Shown here piece after piece: positions 1 through 12,043 of a stretch of 64,000 bases of DNA (within the stretch, counting starts at the first letter, position 1; the number at the start of each line of letters is the position of its first letter). Position numbers and translations under genes: made by a program. The notes under the pieces are model-generated. The model made no database searches and was not told where the DNA came from. It was given only the letters and a program-made list of their open reading frames with translations. The stretch comes from Octopus vulgaris (lineage: Eukaryota): assembly GCA_951406725.2 (NCBI GenBank), contig OX597826.1:17422001-17486000 (forward strand), read 5' to 3'.

Positions 1-115
1 TTTGTAAATTAATTATTTTTCTTTTTTTGTTTTGCTAATTACTCACTGGACTGAGATGTAAAAGATGATTATTGTCAACGAAAAATAATAACAGCTTTCA
101 TTTTTTTAATTTAGA

Positions 116-665
<550 letters not shown>

Positions 666-739
666 TATTTATGTGAGTGAGTACATATGTATGTGTATGC
701 GTTTGGGGATAAGTGATATAGGTGTGTCCGTGATTGCGA

Positions 740-1205
<466 letters not shown>

Positions 1206-1313
1206 GTCAGCCTTTCCTCACTTTAAAAAAAATCTTCTTGCACAGGCATTGCACGATAACAACATTGATTAAGCTTCGTGCAATGGCGATACTCGATAAC
1301 GAGGGGGCAGCCA

Positions 1314-1315
<2 letters not shown>

Positions 1316-1375
<60 letters not shown>

Positions 1376-1467
1376 TATATATATATATATATATACATAT
1401 ATATACACATATATATACATATATATATATCATATATATATATGTATACATATATATATATATATAC

Positions 1468-1500
<33 letters not shown>

Positions 1501-1561
1501 CATATATACATATATACATACATATGAATGTGTATATATACATATATATATATACACATTC

Positions 1562-1624
<63 letters not shown>

Positions 1625-1795
1625 TATATATGCTTTTTCTGTTCAATATACTCAAACATATACACATACATTATGTGTATGCATGTAGATACCTATACAT
1701 ATCCATATATATATATATATATGGGGGGTGTATGTATATGTATATATATATATATTTATGTATGTATGTGTGTATGTATGTAAGCATGTATGTAT
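1316..1795. repeat. Compound (TA)n/(TACA)n microsatellite
   Basis: Direct reading. Confidence 0.95.
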
Positions 1796-2189
1796 TTCTT
1801 TGAAAGTACAAAGTTTTGTGCTGATCATTATCAGCAACTGACTTTGTTGTTGTGCAGTTGTTGATTTCGGTGTTTTTTACTACTTTTTGGGTTGGGGAGT
1901 GGCCATTCCTTCGGTTGTATTTTTGATATTTGACCTCCTCTTCCATTGACCTTTTATGTCTTGTCCCTTGAGACAAATATTGTAGTTGGTTTGCAAAGGT
2001 TACTTGTGTTATAATTGATTAGAATAACTTGCTTAAGGTTAATGTAGTTGGCGAACTAAAGTTTCAGTGTGGCTACAATCTATCTCTCCCTCACCCACGT
2101 TGATCTGCAACAGAGGAATAAGTTTAAATAGATAATGTTTACACACATAAGTGCACATGTGTGCTTATATATTATACATACGTAATACA

Positions 2190-2373
<184 letters not shown>

Positions 2374-2573
2374 AAATTAAGTTCGAAACCTATTGTATCA
2401 TGCTTAATAAATAATATCATGATTATAAAAAATATATAAACCTTGATGCCGAGTGTACTCCAAAGTATTTGTTATTATAAATGTAATTAGAAATGGCTAG
2501 AAAGTACTTTTCTTATATTCATGTTTTATTAAACATAGATCTATTTTCAAGTGATATTTTTTTTATTTTAGAT

Positions 2574-2807
2574 CAGGTGTTCTCAACTGGGGTTTCATAT
2601 GACCCTTGAGGGCCCATATAAGATGTGTTGTAATTAAAGTTTATGAGCAATAAATTAATTATACTTTTATAATACACTAAATATTTTAACAGGTTTTTTT
2701 ATACAATCCTTTATAACTAATTATAAAAGCATAATTGGATTTTTTTAACATCAGAGTAAATTAGGAATTAAAGGAGTCCATAAACAAAATATAGTTAAGA
2801 ACCACTG
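2574..2807. mobile_element. hAT (Charlie/MER5-like) MITE
   Basis: TIRs CAGGTGTTCTCAAC / GTTAAGAACCACTG; 8-bp TSD TTTTAGAT / TCTTAGAT (one mismatch). Confidence 0.8.
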
Positions 2808-4170
2808 TCTTAGATCTTTCGTATGTTATCAGCTTTTTATGGTTGGTTTAGTTTCTAAAATCATCTTCGACGTTTCTACGCCTTCTGTTTCCCTTTCGAG
2901 AATTGAATATAGTGGGAGTTTGTGTTGTTTCTGGTTGAATTCCTGTTGACTTTTCTGTCAAACTTTCTTGGAGGTCAGCTTCACGCATCACCAGTTGATT
3001 CGTTTATCGCGTCAAATTTTCACCGTAAGTCTTTTTGTTGTATTTTTTATGCTGCGGGTTAAATTTTTGATGTCTATATTTTGCGATATGACTATTGTTA
3101 TCATAATTAATCCTCTATTGTTGTGTGGAATTTTATACTCTATGTATACTCTTCTAGTATTTTCCAATCTAATTTTTTTGTACAGTATGTAGTACAATGT
3201 TGCGCAATGTCTCCACGCTATGAGTACATGGTGAATCTATGTGAATGATCCACTGTAGGAGCTAATGACCTGAAATTTGCAACTTTCAGTTTTATAGTAA
3301 AATTTATAGATCAGATTGGTCGAATGTGATGCATCTTGTGTTCCGTTTTACGAGGATTTTGATTATGCAATAATATAACAATATATCGAGACATGCACCT
3401 CATAGAAATACCCAAACAGCACATAAAAATCTAATACGTGAACTAAATTCTCAGAAATTAACAGACGAGCATATTACTATAATCCTCGTAAACCGGAACA
3501 CAAAAGGCAACACTCTCGACCATAAACTTAAACTATCACTATACTACAAAGATACCAAAGCCAAAAACCTTCTTATCAATTACTAACCACAAGCTTGTAA
3601 ACCCCGCGAGAAAAACTGCGAATAGCCGATGTGATCAATAAATTTTACTGTAAAACTAAAAGTTGCAAACTTCATGACTCTAACTGTTACATTGGACAGA
3701 TCAATACAACTCTCTCACGTAGGTTCACTGAGAACTGTCAGCTCCCATTTAACACTGCCTATCAACAGGGCTTAGTAAATAGCAATGGATTGAAGATCTG
3801 ACGTTTCAAGGTGATCGTTCAATCTTCTAACGATTACTGAACAATGTTTTCATTTTCTTGAGAAGCGTATATTGATTGTGTAATTTATGATATATTGATT
3901 ATATAAATTATGATATAATTATACTCTTGAATATACACACTGTAAATTATTCAAATGTATATAATACAACAAGAAAACAATCAGAGGACAAATTATATCT
4001 AATATACGCAGAGATCAACATGCAGTTCAAAGCATCGGTTAGCTATTCGAAATGACAATCATTCACTGGATACAAACAAACACACATCATATATACACAC
4101 ATATGTATGCATGTATGTATGTATGTATGTATGTATGTATGTGTGTATGTATGTATGTATGTATGTATGT

Positions 4171-5287
4171 CATTATTCACTTTTAGCTCAAGATTTCTTG
4201 CCAATAGAGAAAAAGCCGGTTTCTTACCTAGATCCAAGGCCCCTTCATTGGAATTTCCACAACATCATGTATGTATGTATGTGTATGTGCAGATTTGTAT
4301 CTTTTATTTTATGTATGTATTCTCATGCATATACTTGCATATTTAGACATACTCATATATACTTAAATGATAAACTTCTGGAACATTTTACAGATTTTTA
4401 CAGTTCCAGTGATGGCTTGGATCGGTAATCTTCGAATTAGCTTTCTCCTTTCTGGTTTTGAGAAGCCTAATTTCTCAAGATTGGTATTTAAGCCGTGTTA
4501 TACATATCCCTGTACCCCAATAATTACAGGTATAAACCTGATCTTGTAATCTGGATTGAGTAACAGCAGATTTCTCAATAGTTCAGCATAGGTATTCTTT
4601 TTTTCATTAATCTTCAGCTTTATATTAACATCCACTTGTCGGCTTATTTCCACAACTTAACACACTTTATCGTTTCAATCCCAAATCATTATATCAGGTC
4701 TATTGTGTTTACATTTTACTGAGGTTTTCACTGGGACATTCCACCAATATTCCTTTTTATTATGAGTGGCTATGGCTTCCACCATATTGTGGGCTCTTAT
4801 TTCTTTGTCCTCGGGTTATACTTCCAATAGATTTCCTTATATATTGTCCTAGCTACAACATCATGTCTCATCGGTAGATGATAATGTGATGACATTTTCG
4901 TACAACTGCTTATGATGTGGGTGATATCTTCAGTGTGGACTCCACAAAGTCTGCATCGGTTGCCACATTTTACTGCTTTTCCTGCATTGCTATCCCTTTT
5001 GTGCATCTGGTATTTGGTTGATATTTCCTGTTCCTGGATTGCAAATGCATACTTTTCAAAGTTGGGGGGTATTAATCCAGTTGTTGATCAATGATAGACT
5101 GCTTTGATGATCAACGTTACTATCATCTCGGAGTTTTCTACTAACATATCCATGCATAGTCTTCTGCTCATAAACGTCGATGATTTGTTGCGGTAGTCGT
5201 GCGACTTCTTTGGGTATGTATTTAAGGTTATCAGTCGAGGAATGCTGCTCAAGGAACTGCCTTCCAGGTCTTATATTATCAACCTCA
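4171..5287 (-). mobile_element. R4/Dong-like LINE 3' fragment (CCHC knuckle + restriction-like endonuclease), 5'-truncated
   Basis: CRLCGVHTEDITHIISSC..RHDVVA (ORF 4797-5006), then WWNVPVKT..KHNRPDIMIWD and FIPVIIG; stops present; flanked by (ATGT)n on both sides. Confidence 0.85.
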
Positions 5288-5373
5288 TGTATGTATGTAT
5301 GCATGTATGTATGTATGTGTGTATGTATGTATGTGTGTATGTATGTATGCATGCATGCATGCATGTATGTATG

Positions 5374-5404
<31 letters not shown>

Positions 5405-6213
5405 GTATGTGTGTATGTATGTAAAATAAGTGAACCTTAAAAAGACAGCACAAGAAAATTTAATAGCAGCTTATTTGTCTCTCTTATTCCTTATCTTTTT
5501 TCGCGTTCATCTTGCATTTAAGGCTGACACGACCTCCTCTGGATTCGACCTCGTAACCTCAAATCTGATCTCTATATGAGATTACCACACGTATTCCTAT
5601 GGATATCCATTGTAGGAATGGTAGGAATGGTGGAATGCTTGGTGCTTATAAGGGAATGCACGGTGCTTATAGTAAAACACCATTTAATAGCAAGCACTAC
5701 ACATCTGTTGATGGGTGCGCCATCACCATTACTAAAATGTATGCAGAGGATATGTTGCAAGCCTGTATACATCTTCAAGCACAATAAACACATGCGTTAT
5801 ACACTCTTTCTTTATGTGGTGAGAAACGTGTTTCACACACAACACTGTTGGCGAACACTGACAAAGGCCACTGTATGAATTCGTACAATGGCGTGACTTT
5901 GGTGTGCCTAAAAACATTCAGTTAATCGCTAGATCAATGGTTCCCATGCAACCTTTATATTTTACTCATCTCCAAATACAATAAATACATGCGTCTGTTT
6001 ACATGGTGAGAACCGTGTTTCCTAGACAGCAAACACTACTGTATAAATTCGCACAGAGACATGACTGCGATAAACCTAAAAACATTTAGTTAATCGCTAG
6101 ATCAATGGTTCTCAACATGGTTCTAATCACTGCTGATTTTGTCACAGGGGGAACAGATTTTCCTTTAAGATGGAGATGTGTTTATGACACACTCGATTCA
6201 TAAGTGACAGGGA

Positions 6214-6261
6214 TTCCAGGACATCCAGGGTTTTGACATCATTGTGTCTCATCAGCCAGAA
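6214..6261 (-). ncRNA. Degenerate type I hammerhead ribozyme motif
   Basis: Minus strand TTCTGG-CTGATGA-GACA..TGTC-AAAA(GAAA with CpG-type change)-CCCTGGAT-GTC-CTGGAA; stems I and II pair. Confidence 0.55.
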
Positions 6262-6858
6262 GTACCCCTAGATCAAAGGATCTAACAAGTGCCGATGGTC
6301 CTATCCATAATTTCAGCGAACAAGCTGTTTGTTGATCTGTGCTGATATCTGACAACTGATATATGAACGTTATATACAGGCTATCTTGCTTCACCGGGCA
6401 GTCGTCTATTTTTCTCCATCTTTGTCTAAATCTTGTTTTTTCCAAAGCCGACTGACACATTATCTTTCCCCCTTATCGTGCAATACTTATCTTTCTATCA
6501 TTTTTATTTATCGATGTTTCTTTCCATCTGTCCACCCATCTAGCCATCTTTATATCCATCTGTCTCTGTCTCTATATCTGACTCTTTATATATCTATCTA
6601 CCTACCTATCTATACCTCTTTGTACTTGCCTTCCTATTGCTCTTCCTGTTTACCATTTTCACATAACGGTTTCTTTTTCTTTTTCTCTATTTTTGTATTG
6701 TTCTTTCAATTTTTGCCTTCATTTACCTGTCTCTCGTATTTACACTCAGTCTTCCATCATTGTATCTAACTAGGCTTATCTCTATCACTTTATTTCTCTC
6801 CTCATTTCACACTTCCCACTCTGTTTTATCTCCGAAACAGCATTCATACCTTTGTTTT

Positions 6859-6863
<5 letters not shown>

Positions 6864-6924
<61 letters not shown>

Positions 6925-7021
6925 TCTATTTATCTATCTATCTACCTCTATCTCTCTCTTTCTCTCTATATCTATCTATCTCTATCTATCTTTCAATCTC
7001 TCTCTACCTCTCTCTCTCTCC

Positions 7022-7076
<55 letters not shown>

Positions 7077-7092
7077 TCTCTCTCTCTCTCTC
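6864..7092. repeat. (CT)n/(CTAT)n microsatellite
   Basis: Direct reading. Confidence 0.95.
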
Positions 7093-7849
7093 AACACACC
7101 TGTATACTTTTCTTCTCTCCCTTCCAGCAGAAATACTAGGAGAATTTATCTTTTAATTGGCCGCCCAGCTGCTCTTTCAGTCTCTCCCATATGCTGGTTT
7201 GTCTAATTAATTTTTTAAAAATATTTTTGCCTTACTTCGCAGTCAATTTCATTTTGTGTGTGGGTGTATGTATGCGTGTGTGTGTTTTTTGTTTTATATA
7301 TTCAATGTTACTGTCCTTCTATATTTTTCTCTTAGTATATATTTTTTTTCTGCTCTCCTCGAAACATGTCCTTATTTACTGTTCAGTCTACATACTACAC
7401 ATTTTTTTTTTATTCTTGTCAATATTTTTCTGTCCTTCTAGTTTTTCATGTCCGATCGTTTATATTCTAGTTGCGTACGTTCATGACACCAAACTTAAAT
7501 AATATTGTTGGGGAGTATCGAAACTGTGATGTTATTTGGTTGACAACTGATGAGAGTTGAACTTGTCTGCATCCGTTGTGCGTGTTTTCCTCTGTATTTT
7601 TTTCTGAGAATTCATCGTCCCCAAATGCCACTTTTTTCTCATACATAGATAGATACACTCACATATATATGTGGCGGGTGTATGTATGTATATCTAAATA
7701 ATACAAATACAGACACACTTACACATACCTCCCTTCGGCCACCCCTTCTTCATATATTCACATCATTCACTTACACACACGCATACCTCTATTCATCTAT
7801 CTTATCTCTATGAAACATAAATACACATTGGCATGCGGATACGATAACA

Positions 7850-7850
<1 letters not shown>

Positions 7851-7920
<70 letters not shown>

Positions 7921-7985
7921 AACAAACAAACAAACAAACAAACACACATAAACAAGCAAACACACGAACAAACACAAACACACAT
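7851..7985. repeat. (CA)n/(CAAA)n microsatellite
   Basis: Direct reading. Confidence 0.95.
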
Positions 7986-8569
7986 ATACACACTTTCACA
8001 CTCTGCATTGCTTGACAGCTTTTCATCACATTTTCCCCCCGTCTTTTCACCTGCCACTTGTGATCAACTATTACTCACTGTTCAGCTTGCCAACGCTGAA
8101 AACACACACACAGAGACACACAACACATATAAACATGCAACAATTGTCACTATCCTTCATCACTTGCACACTTCAATACATATATATAGAGAACATACTA
8201 ACACGTACATCACTATCCTCATGCTTGTCTCCATACAAAAACACACTTTGATACTCGCATCAACACACCTCCGCTTTTAACTGTCCAAAAGAACAGCATT
8301 CCCACTTGATTCCCAACATTTTGCATTCATTTCTTTCAATATCTATTTCTTCCTTACTCCCTCTACGCTCGTCTCTTTTTTTCCCCTTCTGGTGGACGGC
8401 TAGATTTCGAAAAGTTCCAGTCACTCTTTTTGCATTAAGGCATTAAACTACTAACATATTTGACAAATTTTGTTCTTCTTGTATCATCTTTTCAATGTTT
8501 ATCGTCTTTATACAATACACGTGTGCCTATACATACATACATACATACATACATACATACATACATACA

Positions 8570-8604
<35 letters not shown>

Positions 8605-8629
8605 GTGTGTGTGTGTGAGTATGTATATT

Positions 8630-8806
8630 CTTTTATTCTTTTACCCCTTTACTTGTTTCAGTCATTTGACTGCGGACATGCTGGATTACAGCCTTTAGTC
8701 GAACAAATCGATCCCGATATTCTTTGTAAGCCTAGTACTTATTCTATCGATCTATTTTGACGAACCAATATCGGTTGTCAAGCGATGATGGGACAAACAC
8801 AGATAC

Positions 8807-8863
<57 letters not shown>

Positions 8864-9245
8864 TTAAGGGTAGAAATTGATATTTATCAATTAAGACCAG
8901 TGGTCTAGCATATTAAAAAGAATCCGAAGATTAAAATATTATATATACCAATTAAGGATGAACACGAAAAGTGGACATCAATGTAGATATAGAGTCATCA
9001 TTCACCACAAAAGATTATGTTCTCAGATCAAACTCAACTTGAGTTTGATCTGAGAACATAATCTTTTGTGGTGAATCGATTTGACGTCTATATCTAGCAT
9101 GTTGACTGTCCACTTTTCGTGTTCATTATATATATATATATATATACATATACAATGGGCTTCTTTCAGTTTCCATCAACTAAATTCACTCACAAGGCTT
9201 TGGTCAGCGGACTGAGCTTCTTACCACACCACTCACACGCCTGCA

Positions 9246-9247
<2 letters not shown>
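8630..9247 (-). mobile_element. SINE-A copy interrupted in its internal (TA)n by a palindromic Penelope-type end fragment
   Basis: Tail half 8630-8810 and head half 9153-9247 match SINE-A; insert 8860-9125 matches 49350-49540. Confidence 0.8.
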
Positions 9248-9278
<31 letters not shown>

Positions 9279-9552
9279 AAATAATTAAGATTCATTTGAA
9301 TTAGGTACTTAAGTTGAAGCACCAAGTCAGTCTGGTATTATCCGCACAACTTGAAGGAAAGTGAATAAAATCAAAATAAGCAACAGGATATCAAGAAGTA
9401 ATGCAGTGCAACCGTTTCAAGCGGCTCCATTTAATTGAACAATGCAATCATTACATCAATTTAAATGCAGTGCTATATTCAGTGTTCTATATATATATAT
9501 ATACATATATATATGATCAAATGAATAAAAGCAGACATTGGATAATTGTCCG

Positions 9553-9637
9553 CTCACTACATCTGTTTCTTACGTATCTTTTTAATAGAAGAATGAGAAC
9601 ATTACTCCATTACAAAAAGCCGTAATCATCAGATGAA
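9553..9637 (-). ncRNA. Type I hammerhead ribozyme motif with long stem II
   Basis: TTCAT-CTGATGA-TTACG...CGTAA-GAAA-CAGATG-TA-GTGAG; stem I TTCAT/GTGAG, stem II TTACG/CGTAA, GUA cleavage triplet. Confidence 0.75.
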
Positions 9638-9959
9638 ACGTAACTTTACAGACAAAATAATATTCCAAGAATACAGCAGGGACGTGGCTGAAGTCTGTCG
9701 ACACCAACTCTCAAATTTGAGATTGACCAACAAAGTTGGCCGTTGAGATTAAGAATATAGTTTGTGAAAGGGTGTAATATGATATCTAAGGTCAGCGACC
9801 CAGGTGAGATAGGAGTCTGCTACACTGGTTCTTGGGTAGGCTGGAGTGGGGTGTAGGTGATATTTTATTATAGTAGGCTTAGAGCAGTGGGTAGCAAGGA
9901 AAGGACCTAAGATAAAATAAGAATAAAGAAAAATAAAGCAATTAAAAAAGTGAATAAAA

Positions 9960-10255
9960 ATAACAAATTGCAGTCATCTTGATTTACATCATTACCGAAT
10001 AGAAGTACTCGTTCCTTCAAGTTGATATAAATGCATACTATTCAAGAATGTCCTCCATACTCCTAAATAAGGCCCTAATTTATGCAAGAAACTTCACAGC
10101 CCTTACCAATGGTAAGATTGAAATTATTCTATTAGCTAGAACAATAATTGAATTTGAAGGTAGACTGTGGACCAGAAGTGACACCCGACAATTTTGATAT
10201 AGCCATGGGGTTGAGTGACTCGGCCCAGGTTACTGGCATTGTAGAAATCTACCTT
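9960..10255 (+). mobile_element. Penelope-like RT fragment
   Basis: Translates to FLQVDINAYYSRMSSILLNKALIYA..LWT..NFDIAMGLSDSAQVTGIV, matching the PLE RT motifs FDIxxFYPSI and FDVTMGSYDGAE. Confidence 0.8.
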
Positions 10256-10262
10256 TTTTCAT

Positions 10263-10295
<33 letters not shown>

Positions 10296-11203
10296 AGCAA
10301 ATATATTTATATATATATACATACGCACACACGCACACATAGACATACACACACATGCACACACACACACATATATATACATATCTATATATATATATGA
10401 GAGAGAGAGGGGGGTAAGACAGATTGCATTAGCTCCGTGGAAATTGAATCAGGCAAAGGTGTCTACTTTCAAATGCAGTAACTTAATACAGGATACATGT
10501 ACAGATTTATCTTCTTTGTTTTTAATACAAATAATGATATATTCTTTAGACAATTACATGGCATATATCGAACAATCCATTAAAGTACACAGTTTCATCG
10601 AGTAAACAAAGAACATATGCGAAGCATCATCACATACAAAATCTTCTTACTAACATCATGTCTGTGCGTGTGTGTGTGATTGTGTGCGTGTGCGTGCATT
10701 CTTCCTTACTTTGGACATTGTATTCAATTCAATATCATTACCTATTGAAGGTTTTTCAATTAATATTAAAATATATACACGTGACTGTAGGTATTCAGCT
10801 AATGGGATATCAAGATTTAAAGCTTATCACTGAGCAACTATTTCTGCAGCGATGTTTGATTCTTGACAGGTGCTGTCAATATAGATATGTCAGGTAATAA
10901 AATTTTTAAAATAAATCCATTGGTAATCTAGATTAAGTCAGCGTCTGTATATTAACTAATGTATAATTAAATGATATCTAGGTCACACGAGCGAATATGA
11001 TGTCAATATGTTTGCATGTGTGTGTCTGTGTGTGTGTGTGTGTATGTTTGAGTAGTGGAGTAGCTTGCCACTTCAATTCGCCAAGCCAGTTACCTGGCAT
11101 ATAACAGTTCGCGGGGTTTTTACAACACCTGTTTCCTATCTCTGTCGTGAACGTCAGGTTGTTGCTTTTCCTGGTATCAATAACCAACTTGTCTTTCTCG
11201 GAA

Positions 11204-11238
<35 letters not shown>

Positions 11239-11685
11239 TGCACACACGTACAGACACACACGTACGCACACACAGTACGCACACGCGCACATGCGCTTAC
11301 GCACGTACATACACAGGTGCACGCACGTATGCACTCACACGCACGCACGCACATGCATGCACGCACACGCATGCACATACGCACCCCACATACACGCACG
11401 CGCACACACGCACACACACACACACCTCAGTAAACGTTTTACGTGCACTTTCACAACATCTCCCTTTTTCTTTCCATATGGAGGAGATCCCCTTCGATCA
11501 TGAATGAGCATGGGATTGCACCTGGAAAGTTACCCTCCGAACACTAAGTCATGAGCACAATCAAGTACCCCAAATATATCCAAAATAGAAACTCTCTAGC
11601 CCGGGGTACTTGATTGTGCTCATAACTTAGTTTTCGCTTCTTCCATGGGTATAAGTAAGTATTTCACTTATTTCTTTGCCGCATT

Positions 11686-11739
11686 TATCACTGATGAAGG
11701 GAAGGTTCTTATGAACTAGCTCTGAAATCGGGTCCGATA
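11686..11739 (+). ncRNA. Type I hammerhead ribozyme motif
   Basis: TATCA-CTGATGA-AGGG..GGTTC TTAT GAACT..CTCT-GAAA-TCGG-GTC-CGATA. Confidence 0.7.
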
Positions 11740-11902
11740 TGGTAATAACGGGATTTTTTAGAAATTTCTGTCGGCTTTATTCGAAACGCGTGCTTGTAGT
11801 GATAAATTACATGGTTATTGTCGTTGTCTATTTTCGGCATATTTTGGTATTAGAATTTTTTTCTTTTGCCCTTACTTATAAATATATATATACATACATA
11901 TA

Positions 11903-12043
11903 TACGACGGGCTTCTTTCAGTTTCCGTCTACCAAATCCACTCACAAGGCTTTGGTCGGCCCGAGGCTATAATAGAAGACACTTGCCCAAGGTACCATAC
12001 AGTGGGACAGAACCCGGAACCATGTGGTTCGTAAGCAAGCTAC
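11903..12043 (-). mobile_element. SINE-A 5' half, cut inside the tRNA head by the adjacent insertion
   Basis: Matches SINE-A up to GTAGCTTGCTTACGAA, then abruptly joins another element's 3' end. Confidence 0.85.

Noticed and set aside
3795-3845. GAAACGTC plus hairpin GGTGATCGTT/AACGATTACT, hammerhead-like
   Set aside because: No intact CUGANGA in the right position on either strand.
7548-7570. CTGATGA motif (also at about 43602 and 56087)
   Set aside because: No stem II/GAAA partner; the latter two lie in TE coding sequence.
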